63,490 nt of DNA, filler included, from Choristocarpus tenellus KU-1152 (GCA_964200185.2; 13 parts of 13 records of this genome joined end to end with filler, not necessarily neighbours in it); one strand, 5' to 3'; numbered from the whole stretch's first letter, positions 1 through 12,449 are shown. Numbers and translations are program-made. The notes: generated by a model not told the origin, from the sequence alone.

Positions 1-86
1 CCCTTCCCATCTAAATGCACTTTTCCTGATTTAACCCAAATGGACACCCTGATGTAGCCCCCCCCCCCCCCCAAGATACTTTGGTC
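1..86 (+). mobile_element. MITE family A, 3' part
   Basis: CCAAATGGACACCCTG..poly-C..AGATACTTTGGTC matches the 3' half of the full copies at 7461 and 62822. Confidence 0.8.
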
Positions 87-2769
87 ACTGTGTGATGGGT
101 GGATAGGTACCATCACAAACATCAAGTTGTGAATTGAAAACAAGGGGTTAGGTATTTACCACAAAACGAAAGGACAGGCACACCACGTGTATGAACTGGT
201 ATGCATACAATCAGTTCACTTCCTGGAGCAATGCCCAGATGAGGGATAAGGAATGTCGTTGCATCATTTCATGCCACTGACTTGATCCAACACACTTGGA
301 AGTAGAAGCCATCCAATTGGTTACCTAGGTGATGACCAGTGAGTAGGCCCGACATAACATACACAATAGTGATGGAAGGAAGCAGTTTGGGGAAAGTAAA
401 TTGTGGAGGAGAAAAAATCTACTGTTTTTGTAGTGCGTAGGACCTATTGTTGAAATTCAGAAGCCGTAACCACATGTATGTGCCGCATTATAAAAACACT
501 GCACCATATTTGAAGAAATATTACTGAGTAGTAGTACTTGGAAAAGATACAATGCTCTACTCTCTAATTTGTGGGTACTTGAGGAAAGGAACTCTCCCTT
601 TGGACCCACCAGTACATGTACATGTTCCCACCAAGTAAACATATCTCCTGTTATTACACTTCGTGCATACAGATTACTCACTATGGATGGATGTGGGTTA
701 TAGCCCAAGAATATGTTAACATTTAGTACATTCAGGAAGTACGACGTAGTACTTGTCCAAATATGTACAGCGTAAGAATTTTGTGGTGCACGTACTTTTT
801 TAGGCTCTATTTTTGTAAACTGCTTTGTGAAATGTCCAGTATGTACAAATACTTACCTCCATGTAGGAAGTGCTTCAATACCTTTTTTTGCATCATAAAC
901 TGCCATCATATATATATATATATAAAGGGGTTTTGTAGTTTTGGCAGTCTTTGTGTCATTCATATTATTCGCATAATTTTTCCTATGGCGTGGCCAAAAA
1001 GGAGATGAAGGAAATATATGCAATATACTTTCGCACGAATACTTGAGAAGAGACAAACTTAAACAGAAATATTTCAAGACAGTAGAAGAGGAAACTCTCA
1101 ATTCAATGAAGAATGGCAGCCAAGAAAGCCCAGACACTATGCACTAGTACCCAGCAGGTGGGACAGGACATAAAAAGGCTGCCAACATCCTCAAGTACTG
1201 TGGAAAAAAGGGGGGTAAAAATAATAATTTATCACATCCTATCCGTCAAATTCGAATACTTCAAAGTACAATAAAGACATCGCATCCTATATTTTCAAGT
1301 AGAAGGCGCAGAAGGACCCAAGAGGTATCATCTCTAAGGAAATAGATTAATGAGAAATTCAACATTCAGGAGGCAGAGATGAGTATGTATTTGCGCTGCT
1401 CTGCTTGGGCTACGTTCTTAGCTGCTGCTTTAGCATGGCTTATGTTCCTTGATTATCACAGATTCTCTGGCATACCACTTCTCCACGACGTTCTTTGTTC
1501 TACCAGTCACATGGGCGTATCCCCCTTAAACGTTTTACTGCCTTGGTTCTCCACACATCAACCGTGGTCCTAAGCTTCTCAAGGCAGTCTTGCAAACACA
1601 CCCACCAGTGCTTCTCCTTCCTTAGTTGCTTCCACTTTCCACCCACAAGTTCATACCTGTGAAATCTCAGTTTATGTGGCAATGTATATGCATGAACGCC
1701 CCCCATATCTCTTCCCCTCCCCCAGAACCCTGCAGCCAGTGACCTTCTCTATGATAGGGCCAGAAGAGAGACCCGGAGTACCTTGCGTGATGGGCACTGA
1801 ATATGAATTGAAGGCGGTGTGTACTATCAGCTGGTACTGTTGACTATCGCAACATGTTGCATAGTCAGATGGTGTACAACAGTTTTAACACAATTAAGCT
1901 GTCCTTGGCGAACTGATGCTATCAGAAAGTCCTGCCCGACCTATCACCTATGAGGAATTCTCTGATGGTCATCACCTTGCAACCTCATTCATCTTGTTCA
2001 AAATGTGCTGCATATCAAGTACCCCTGACGTGTCACTTTGTAGGTTTCTGATTAGCAACCCAATATATCCGTAGACCTGTTCAGGATGATGTTGAGTCAT
2101 TTCCTTTTGTAGTGTTCGACGGACCCAAACTGTATCACCAGTGGATGCTTGATATGATGCATCGAATTTTAGTCATATATGATCCCCATATTTCCATTTC
2201 GAATTTCCAGTGGGTGGAAACTTATGTGCTTACAAGTAGATCAATCGACGATAATATAATTGACCATGATACCTCAGTGGCACCTGCTTGACAGAACCTT
2301 TGTCTGGATCAAATTTGTCACTCCTAGTAACAAGTGAAGATTCAGTTTCTATGGTCAATGTCTGGCCCAACCTTCATCATGCTGTTTCAGGATGAAAGTA
2401 TTGTTTCTTCGTGAGACAGTTGCGAGCTTCCAACTCAGGGTTGAACAGAGGTGTCGAGGAAGCACCATGCCTCAAGGTACATACGAAGGGACCCTATACA
2501 CGAAAACTTCAGAGCATCAGTCCATCTGAGTTCAGAATCATGAGAGGCATGTAGTGATATTGATGTGCTTTGAGTACCAATGCACTAAACCCTAGGAACC
2601 AAGGATCACACAGCACAATGTCCTCCTTCTGCACAGTGATCCAGGCATGCTGCACACAACCGTAACATCACACCATAGGGATGTGAAGTAGACAGTTTTC
2701 CTATCAACTAATTTACAGCCAATCTCCCCCCACCACCCGCTCCCCCCCCACACTGCGCTCGAGCTAAAC

Positions 2770-2869
2770 NNNNNNNNNNNNNNNNNNNNNNNNNNNNNNN
2801 NNNNNNNNNNNNNTTAATTAATTAANNNNNNNNNNNNNNNNNNNNNNNNNNNNNNNNNNNNNNNNNNNN
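2770..2869. other. Artificial contig-joining spacer (first of 12)
   Basis: 44 N + TTAATTAATTAA (stops in all six frames) + 44 N. The same spacer recurs at 7264-7363, 12318-12417, 19109-19208, 21845-21944, 25121-25220, 29671-29770, 34168-34267, 41896-41995, 45197-45296, 48267-48366 and 57454-57553, giving 13 independent contigs. Confidence 0.98.
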
Positions 2870-4806
2870 ATTACTCCATACATATTTTACCGTAACTGTC
2901 CGATAGAGTTGGAAGAGTCTAATCGAACATCTATATCCTCTGGGGGAAACAATATTGGCAGTATGCAGGATCCTAGTACTTGCATAGGTGGAATACTGCA
3001 TCCTTTCGGATTTGCCGCATCGAACGTTCCTTTACCTGTTTGGTTAAGGTGCGGTGGGCCGGTGCTACCTCCCCAGAGAGTAGTACTGCGCCAAAAAGCA
3101 GACGAAATGTAGTTCCCACCTCCTGCACAGGCAATCTCGAGCGGACTTTGCGAGGGTGCCACAGCAGTGCAGATAGCCATACTTGACTAGTTCGTTGGGC
3201 ATTTGACATAGTGGATATTGTCGAGGTAGGTATGGGGGTCATGCTTCCTATGGCTACAGTGGCTAAGTTCCCTGGAGCTGAAAACTCCAGGGCGCACCCT
3301 CAAGGCAACTCCGGTACTTCAGAATCGGTCGGGCTGCTTGCAAATGGAAACTCAAAGTCCTGCATCGCGGGAAGGTAATGCAAATGGGAGTCTGTCAAGG
3401 CTACCATCGTACGCGACTCAATTCGCTGGGGTAGTACTTTGCTTATCTTGGAAAAGATATGCAAAGTAACCCTTAGGTACTACAGAGTCGTCATGAGTAT
3501 ACCTGCACCTGCGGCCGATAGACTTGAAGCAGTCACGTCCAAAAGATGATGGAAGCAAACTCGATGTGCCTTGAGCCACTCGGCAACCTCATCTTGGGAA
3601 GCAGATGATGAAGGTAAATCCTTACCCGAATGGTGTCGACCTGCATCACTTGCTCTGTCTGTGGTTAAAGAGGACGTGGATCGGGGCACAGACTGGGTGG
3701 CGGGTGTTGCTGATCGAACGGGTGCGGATGCATTTCTCTTAGAAACGAACGTGATCCCATGTTTCCCAGGAGCAGAAGAAGGCTGGTTTGTCAACGCAGC
3801 ACAGACAGTGGGCAGGGGGGTTTGGGACAAAACAGGTTGGAGCACCGGTGCGAGGGCCACCAGCACACTGTTGACCACCTCTTGGTGTGGTGGTGGATTC
3901 TGGCTTGGCACCTCCCGCGGCAAGGATGTCCTGCTCTGTTGGGGTAGTTCCAGTTCCTGTCTACCTATCGGGGGGTCAACTGGGGCAGACAAAGGGCCGG
4001 ACATGCTTGCAAACATAGCACGAGCGTTAGCCATGCTACCTAAAGCAGTAGGTGTCTATCTTTGTACGACCCAGGTTTTGTAGCATTTTGAGGGTTGGGA
4101 CAATTGCGTACTGGTCGCTACGCTTGGAAAATTCTTCGATAAGATCGTCAAAGATCCGTTCTGCTTTAATTCCCTGCTGTACCATTTCATCTACTAAGGG
4201 ATTATTCTGGGAAATTGCCAGTGGGCGAATTTGATTCCGAATCTCCTTTCAAAATGAAAATGCCATCGACTGTACTCCAATCTAATCTAGAACATTGGAG
4301 AGAAGAATAGGAAGAGCTCGTTCGCATAGATCAATGAGTTGGTCTTCAGCTATATACCTCCAAAAGAAAGTTGTCTCGCAAACATGAGGCATCCGCGAAT
4401 CTACGGTGTACGCTCGATAATGTAGGGCAAGCCGGTTGGCTGCAGCTTTCCACGATTCCCCTCTCTCGTTCCTTAAAGAACTCATTTCGTTCTTTATGGC
4501 ATTTTTTGACTGACTATAAGAAAGAGTGCATTCTCTCACCAGGATGCGAACCTACTCAGTTGCTGTCATGTCTTCTCAAGGAATCCGAAGGAGGTGTCCA
4601 GTAACGCTCGGGACTTCCACTGTAGATGAGTCGCTTAGGAGATCACTGTGGGTCCTAAGAGAGTCAGACAGTAGTTGCTCAAGAAGCTTGATGCGGAGAG
4701 AGGTTAGGGAATCACTACGTGGACGTGATGTATTACAATAGTGGACATGATCTTTGGGTAAGGCCCATGATCCTCATTGAACCCTCCCTAAAGCCTTGGT
4801 GAGAGC
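2870..4806 (-). mobile_element. Ty3/gypsy-like LTR retrotransposon, copy 1 (decayed gag and protease)
   Basis: Colinear with and highly similar to 19209-20931. Gag-like frames with a CCCH finger (~3493-3557), then a protease region AGGGNYISSAFWR with the DTG motif deleted. Several frameshifts. Homology stops at 4806, where the copia begins. Confidence 0.8.
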
Positions 4807-6539
4807 TGTTGAAAAGCTTGGCGCATGTAAGGCTCGTCGCCGGAAGCTAGCAGTTGAATTACATGGTAAAGCATACACTGAATTATTCATTATCTGTAGG
4901 GTATTGTCCACTTGATACTATTGTCCCACTAATGTCCCACTAACTCACCATAACATACCGCTGTGTACGTTACTACCTTGTATTGTACTAAACTAAAGAT
5001 CAACGTACATATAAGCTATGTTGTTTACTTGGATCAGCACAGATAACGTAAGGATAACACTAGGTTATTCGACAGAGGAACCACAACTGTGTATCTTGAA
5101 GGCCCATCAACTAGGTAAGAGGCTGACTTCATTTTGGCCCAAATGGTCAGCGATGAGGAACTAAACGTATCCATTCTGGGAGGATTACCGGAAGAGTAGG
5201 AGCTGGAACGTTGAACGTTGCTCGTGAGGGCCACTACTCTAACAAGGACAGAGTTGGAACAGGGGATTGTGAACAGATTTCGCCAATTGAAGACCGAGAT
5301 AGGTGGCCATTAGGGGAGGGCAACAGCAGCTTTGACGGCCAGGAGGCAGAATGTGACACCGTGGTTGGAGCAGATAAAATGCTATGCCTGTTGCAAGAAG
5401 GGACACTAGAACAATAAATGTCTCACCAAGCACAAGGAATGTAACATCTGTGGTAAGATGGGGCATTTGGCAGCAACATGCCGTGAACGACAAAGGGGCT
5501 CAGGAGATCGTGTCATATTGTATAGGGAGGTGCTGTAAATGGTGGGGACAATGACAGTACCGATGGAAGTGAGAGCACTCAAGATCGTGCTTCGTATGGT
5601 ACGAATGTTAGCATGAAACAAGGACGTAGGGGAGGAGCACTGCTTGTACTGACCAAAACGTCAACCTGCGATATGGGGAAACCACCAGATGCTGAAGAAT
5701 GGATTCTTGACACTGGAGCAAGTGGTCACATGACCAATTCTTTTACTGGTGTATGGGTAGGAAAAAAAATAGCAATATAGACAGGAACACGATGTTGCTG
5801 GATGGGGACGGATAGAGATGGTGCTGACATCAGCGGAAGAGGAAGTGGAGTACAGTGCGACAATGAAGAAGGTTACTGTAGTGCCCACACTAGCCTACAA
5901 CTTATGCTCAGTTCTAACCATCTGCAAGACGTCAGAGTGACACAGTTTTGTCAAGTCTGATGTGTTGACAATTGAGGGAAACCATGGCCTAGATCATCTT
6001 GTATTACCAGTGGTGAATAACTTCTACATGGGCTACATGTATAGGGTTCTACCTTGAGAAACCTCCACTGGGTTAGTGGTTACATCAAAGGTCCTGTTTG
6101 ACATCAACAAATTTCACCAACACATTGGCAACGAACAGGTGACACGCACAACTGCAACGGCCAATTGGGATTGACCTAACTGGAACTTAGGACCCATGTG
6201 TTGGATGTTCACAGATCAAAGCTCAATGTGCTCCAGTGCCACGAAGCACAGAATTTCAGGCAACAAGAAAACTTGAGAGGTATTCACTAATTTGAGTGAA
6301 CCTAAGCTGGTGCATAGTCTTGGGGGCCGCTATTATCCCATGATCTTCGTCGACGACTGTACCAAGATAAATGGATGCCGTTCCTGGCCAAAACGAATGG
6401 TGCTGCAGATGCAGTGGCAGATTTCATCTCGAACATGGCTGCACCGAGAGGAAAGAAAATTGACATTATTTGGAGTGATGAGGGAGGAGAATTCATGAGT
6501 GCGGCTTTCCAAGCAGTAATGAGGAACCATGGTATCCGT
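4807..6539 (+). mobile_element. Ty1/copia LTR retrotransposon, decayed (putative 5' LTR, gag, protease, integrase)
   Basis: Starts with TGTTG at 4807; putative LTR ends in AACA at ~5059, followed by a GGTTAT PBS-like motif. Gag VSDEELNVSILGGLPEE; two CCHC knuckles (CYACCKKGH..KC, CNICGKMGHLAATC); protease EWILDTGASGHMT (~5697); integrase core GGRYYPMIFVDD...IWSDEGGEF. The PR-then-INT order is the copia arrangement. Confidence 0.88.
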
Positions 6540-7156
6540 GTGCACATCAATACCTACTGAGATAAATCAACATGATCAGTGGTGACAATACGGTACGATC
6601 CTATCACGTAATGCCTGCCTTCTATTAAGAAAGATACTTCTTGTTTGATAATGAGATACGTTCTAGCCTCTCCTTCAAGAATCGAGGTTGGTCGTCAATT
6701 ACCGAACAACAGTGCATGATATCGAAAACAGTTCCTTGTTGAGCAAAGAGTAGAATGTCCAAAATCACCCTTGCATCAGAAAGAATGATGGTGTCTGCAA
6801 AGGAAGTTCACAATAGATGTGTATTGAGGAGCGACTTCCACGGAACGTATGACGAGCAAAACTTAATGCGAGCTGAAGGGAGAAGAAGGGGTGGAACGAC
6901 CAAGAGGTTGAAATGCATTAACAACAGCAAACAAAAGTATGTTTAGAGCCATAGAGTGAAGACAGATTCATGGAAATAAACACAAACTAAAAAAACAACA
7001 TCAGAGTGTGCACAACCTATGACTAGGCGAATCTCAACTGATTAAATCGAACAAGAAGTAGCGTGCCCAAAAGAGGGCAGGCATTACTTGCATGGGATCG
7101 TAGCGTATTGTTTTCGCGGGTCACCTTGATGTATCTGAGTAGGGATTGATGTACAC
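6540..7156. mobile_element. Non-autonomous element with ~120-bp imperfect terminal inverted repeats
   Basis: 6540-6660 (GTGCACATCAATACCTACTGAGATAAATCAA..GTAATGCCTGCC..TACTTCTTGTT) is the inverted counterpart of ~7030-7156. It truncates the copia integrase. No clear TSD. Confidence 0.6.
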
Positions 7157-7363
7157 CTGGTCGTTAGGTGGTGATGTCACGTGCTACTACTGTACATCGT
7201 ATACACGATAAACACTCCACTCAACACTCAACTACAGAGACCAAGCACTGTACAACAGTACGGNNNNNNNNNNNNNNNNNNNNNNNNNNNNNNNNNNNNN
7301 NNNNNNNTTAATTAATTAANNNNNNNNNNNNNNNNNNNNNNNNNNNNNNNNNNNNNNNNNNNN

Positions 7364-7412
7364 CAAATGGACAAACATGGCAAAACTCGTACCCTCTAAG
7401 ATACTTTCACTC
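7364..7412 (+). mobile_element. MITE family B, 3' end fragment
   Basis: GGCAAAACTCGTACCCTCTAAGATACTTTCACTC is the family B right terminus. Confidence 0.8.
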
Positions 7413-7460
7413 AAAATTGACAAGTTTTGGCTAACTATGACATGTTGTCCCCCCACTACA

Positions 7461-7641
7461 GGCTCAAAGTATTTGAGGGGGGTGGTGGTGGCTGTCCAAT
7501 TGGGGTCTATTTTTCCATTTCGTGATTTTTGGGTGAATTTGGTTCTTGAGTCGGATGGATAATGTAAGTGCACTTCTCCTGGTTAGGGTCCGAATGGACA
7601 CCCTGGTGTACACCCGTCCCCCCCCCCAGATACTTTGAGCC
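7461..7641 (+). mobile_element. MITE family A, full copy (181 bp)
   Basis: TIRs GGCTCAAAGTAT..GGGGG / CCCCCAGATACTTTGAGCC; 4-bp TSD TACA. Confidence 0.92.
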
Positions 7642-10321
7642 TACAGGTACACATAACTGTTCATATATATGTTGTCTCTTGTCCGTGGGTGTAGGCATAG
7701 ATGTACAGTACAATGTTGTACTAAACGTTTTGGAAATACAGGAAATTATTTGTAATTCGTTCTTCTTGTCTTCCCTATTATTAGAAATTGTAGTCGCTCC
7801 AATTTTCGATCTGCCCATTTTCTAGTTTTATTTTTCGATTTCAGAAACTACCTGGCATTGTGACTCCAAGTGGAACCATGATAAGACCAAGAGCAACCTC
7901 GTTTGACCTCACTACTAGTAGGAACGGAGTGAGAGTCGTTAGCGGAGAACCATTTTACTTGACACCGATGGAAGCGAATGCCTTTCTCAAAGATAAAACT
8001 CGCCGCATGCTGCTAGACACTAACACTCTCTGAAAAATTTCAAACTGTCCCTAGGTGCATCCTATGAGAAACAGAAGTGTTCAACCCCTTGAATTTGGCG
8101 TTGCGATTATATAATCTCCCCAATTTTATTCGTTGTTCCTTCCTATCCCACACTCTACAGGCAGACATGTTTGGTCTAACAGGGGAGATGCCAGGATCTA
8201 TGGCTGCCTGTTATCTCCACTGGACACTCAATTCTAACTCGTTGGCACCATCCCCAATCCCTGGTGAAGATGAATTAGTGTCCAAGTCTACCTGTGCTGG
8301 TGTCATTGCAGTACTTTCCTTGCTTATTTCCTGATTACATCTCAAAATGGCTAGATCACAACTTTATTACCACACTCAATGATTAGCATGTCTAAGCGAA
8401 ATTACGCTTCCTGGATAACGGCGAGTGATCTCTCGATGGGTCCGTGTAGTTCTCCTTCCCAAATATTGACTTTGGGGCATGGTGCAGGAAAGACTTACCA
8501 CCCCAGTCTATCCTCCACACTGTGTTTACAGATATGTGGGATAAGCTCCTCTAGAGGTCAAGGTTTTTCTTGCCCTGAACGGCATTGGGTAGGTTTCCAG
8601 GGCACATCAGCCTACCAGGTAAACCTGATAGGACCAGTTCAGGACTGTAAGTGATTTCAACTGGACCAGGCTACGGGCTTTACCCCACTGAAACACAGTT
8701 AAGATTCAACCAGATCAGGCCGTGGGGTGGTCCATGGCCCCATAGCATGATGGTATGGAGCAGGCCTAGATAGATTATGTTTCGTCATATACCTGTATTA
8801 CATACCTATCCATACACCTCAAGGGGTTTTGTACACCTTTGTTCCCATAGGTACTTTAAGTACGAGACCTGGGCATCGGCTGTGAATATTTTGTCTGGAG
8901 TGGTTCGATATATAAATGGTAAGTCTTAGTTCTAACCATTTAACCATTTTTCCAGAGTTAGATATTTGAATCAGAATATTCCTCTCCTATTTATTTTTCT
9001 TCTTCGCATTATGAGTCTGAGGGGTTCCAGATGTGTGGTCGAAACATAGTCAGAAGAAGGCGTGCACACTACTACTACTTATCGGTAACACCTTATCTAA
9101 AATCAACCCTGATTCCTTATCAGGTGAACAAATGCGAGTTATTTGTTGAATGTCAGACTTCTGGAGTTTCCCACTTTCTGCAATCATCACCTGCACATCC
9201 TACAACTGGCTATGGAAGATCATCGAGTTCAATGACCCTGCGTCAACAACACATACATGCGAAAATGAAGACCACACAATTTTGGAAATGAATATGCCTT
9301 TCCTCGATCAAAAAAACGTCAAACTACAACTTCAACCTGATTTCCAAAAAAATCAACCACAAAAACACCTAATATTCAACCACGTCCCAATCCAGGTACT
9401 ACATGGAGGTGTGTTCCTTAGTCTATGTAGGACTCAACACCCGTCCATATGATATCATTTATTCGTAACCAAATCATTGATCCTTCAACTTCAATTTTCT
9501 TTCTTTCCTTCTCTCTACCTTACTTTGTGGACTGTAAAAAAAATCGGTGTCAGTTCTTATGCCCCTTCTAGAGATGATCGACCCAAATCTTTCCATACGT
9601 GTCAATCACCTCTAGTTTTCTTTTCAGTTCAAAAGTAGTGTACGCAAGGGAAAAGGAAGGAGTACAAGAAGAAAGAAAAAATATGCGAAAAAAAATAGAG
9701 AGGAGAAAGAACCCAGTACTATATGACTCAGAGCAAAAGAGAGAACCTTACCTAGGTGTGATACACTAACACACCACAAAACTTCAACTCCTACCAGGTA
9801 AGTACAATCGAAACTGAAATACAATATAACGTAGCACATGTCATGCAAAGCCAACGAAAGGGAAGGGGAAAAAGTGGGACTAATAATAAAATAAAAGAGA
9901 GATACAACGAGAATGCAGAATTCGGCACACAGTGAGTGATGGTTGTCACGTTGGTTGCTTGGGTTGTATTAGCTGCTTCTGCCAACCACACACTTCTACC
10001 ACCTCACTGTTGGTTAGTTGCCGTTCTTGTGTTCCATCCCTCAATCAACCGCAACCCCACTCTTCTTAAGGCTGTCTTGCAGACACATACGCCAGATATT
10101 CTTCTCCTATCCACCTTTCTTCTGTTATTATTTCCATCAGAATACATCAACACCTCGGGGAAAATTCGCTCATCCCCTATGTGTGTGTGTGAGATTGGGC
10201 CTGTGAAAGGTAAGACTTTGTTAGCGCACAGTCACCTCAATACTCTCACTCCCAGACTCACACAGGCATCTTTGGTGGACTATAGTGCACGATCAATGTA
10301 TTCCCGTTTGTGAAATCCAAT

Positions 10322-10580
10322 GAGTCAAAGCGTCTCAGAGGGTACAGCCGTGTCCGTTCGGGGTCCAAACTCCAAAGTCGCGATTTTGATGTAATTTTGA
10401 CTATCGTATTTGTTAGCAAGTGTCGATACCCTTGTTTCGGACACACCTTTTCATAATGTGTACATTTTACCTACTCCGAAATGTTTCGGAGTAGGTAAAA
10501 TGTCATAAAAAAACTGTGGGAAGCCAAGCCCCAAACGGACAAACAGGGCAAAACTCGTACCCTCTAAGATACTTTCATTC
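10322..10580 (+). mobile_element. MITE family B, full copy (259 bp)
   Basis: TIRs GAGTCAAAGCGTCTCAGAGGGTAC / GTACCCTCTAAGATACTTTCATTC; central palindrome with perfect 20-bp arms at 10462-10503; TSD not preserved. Confidence 0.88.
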
Positions 10581-10747
10581 TAACGCAGAAGGAATCTGTC
10601 GTGATCGATAAAGCTTCATATATATGGTGGACCTGGCAAAGTGCTCGCATGTCATATTGCCATGTAACAGCAGAGTCTCAAGCACTTCAGCGTTTATAGA
10701 GTGTTCTGATCTCAAGCTCAAGTGATGCCCGATGGTCTTGTTGTAGA

Positions 10748-11007
10748 GAGTCAAATCAATTGAGAGGTAGGTAGGTTTGGACCCTTCTCCAAAGTTAGCC
10801 ATCTGTTTCACCCTGCGCAATATCAACTTATTTATTTCCGTCATGTGCACAATAGTGTACGCAAAGTTGATATCCTCTCTTTCCGCACACAAAGCGACAC
10901 CACGATTCAGCAAAGGATCTTTCTGCAATAATACAAAATGACATATTTTTGCCTTTTCTCGGGGTCCTTCAAAGGCAACCCTGCCTGCCTCTCAGTTGGT
11001 TCGATTC
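10748..11007 (+). mobile_element. MITE family C, full copy (260 bp)
   Basis: TIRs GAGTCAAATCAATTGAGAGGTAGGTAGG / CCTGCCTGCCTCTCAGTTGGTTCGATTC; 3-bp TSD AGA. Confidence 0.85.
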
Positions 11008-11034
11008 AGAGGACTATTGGTTGTGTCTGGAGAA

Positions 11035-11293
11035 GACCCAAAGTATCTTAGAGGGTAGAGCCGTGTCCATTTTGGGACCAAAATCCAAGGTTGCGATTTT
11101 GATGTAATTTTGATTATTGTGTTTGTTAGGAAGTGTCAATATCCTTGTTCTGGACACACCTTTTCATAATGTACGCATTTTACCTACTTCGAAACATTTT
11201 GGAGTAGGAAAATATAATGAAAAAGCCCATGGGAAACCAAGTCACGAACGGACGAACAGGGCAAAACTCGTACCCTCTAAGATGCTTTCATTC
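11035..11293 (+). mobile_element. MITE family B, full copy (259 bp)
   Basis: TIRs GACCCAAAGTATCTTAGAGGGTA / TACCCTCTAAGATGCTTTCATTC; 3-bp TSD GAA. Confidence 0.9.
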
Positions 11294-11446
11294 GAAACCA
11301 CTCCAAGCTTTCCGTATCCTTTGCCTGATCTTGAGCATTGAAGGCCATGAACTGCCTACAAGATAAAATGTTCTACCAGGACCAATTTACGACCATCAGA
11401 CCAGATGGGGTGGCGGAACGGTATTACCAGGGTAAGAGGTTGTACT

Positions 11447-11705
11447 GAGTCAAATCAACTGAGAGGTAGGCAGGTTTGGACCCTCCTGCATTCTAAGTCA
11501 TCTTTGTTACCCCGTGCAATACACTCTACTTAGTTGCTTTATGTGCACAATAGTGCAAGCAAAATCGATATCCCCCCTTTCCACACACAAAGCGACATCA
11601 CAATTTAGCACAGGTTCTTTTTGCAATTGTACGAAATGGTGTATTTTTGCCCTTTCTCAGGACGCTTAGAATACAACCCTACCTACCTTTCAATCGGTTT
11701 GGCTC
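11447..11705 (+). mobile_element. MITE family C, full copy (259 bp)
   Basis: TIRs GAGTCAAATCAACTGAGAGGTAGGCAGG / CCTACCTACCTTTCAATCGGTTTGGCTC; 3-bp TSD ACT; colinear with 10748-11007. Confidence 0.85.
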
Positions 11706-12449
11706 ACTACCTGTGGATCCAGATCTAAAATTATTGCAGTGTACTTGTTTCAGGTTTGTTTGTGGATGATGAGGTAATGAACTTTGGGGTTTACAGAAAG
11801 TATATGTTTATATTGTTGTGCCCTTTGACATTTTGGAGACGTGTCAAGGAAAAATCAAAGTTATATTACAAGGACTACAGCAAAAAGACTAGTTGTCATC
11901 AAAGCAAAAGATATCCCTCTAAAAAATTACTATGTGAACACTAACATTACGACAACACTCCTTTAGGTTGACAACTACAATGTAATGTATACACTACTAT
12001 GATTCTAACCCAGCTTAGCCATATGAAGGCAAGCGAGGATCTAGGTAACCATTCCAAGAACCTGACAGACCCCTTGTTGCCTATCTGCCTGGTGTCTCTA
12101 GCTTGAACGCATGACATGTCACGTCTTGAGAGAGAGTGACGGACACTATCTGTTTCAAATGGAACTTCACACCTCCTTTCCTACTACTATATCCTTTTCC
12201 CCCTTTCCCCCGTAAAGAATATTTGATTTTTATGCCCTCTGGCATTTTGTAGATAGATGTGTGAGGGGAAAAACCAAAAGTACAGTAGGTACCCCGATTT
12301 TGTTCACCCATGGAGATNNNNNNNNNNNNNNNNNNNNNNNNNNNNNNNNNNNNNNNNNNNNTTAATTAATTAANNNNNNNNNNNNNNNNNNNNNNNNNNN
12401 NNNNNNNNNNNNNNNNNGACTTCAAAAACAGGTGGACACATGATAGAAC

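Noticed and set aside
2814-2825. Recurrent TTAATTAATTAA palindrome
   Set aside because: Always centred in identical N runs; an assembly linker, not biology.
10575-10928. 117-aa ORF and an apparent ~700-bp tandem duplication
   Set aside because: The ORF is a chance frame across MITE C; differing TSDs show separate insertions.
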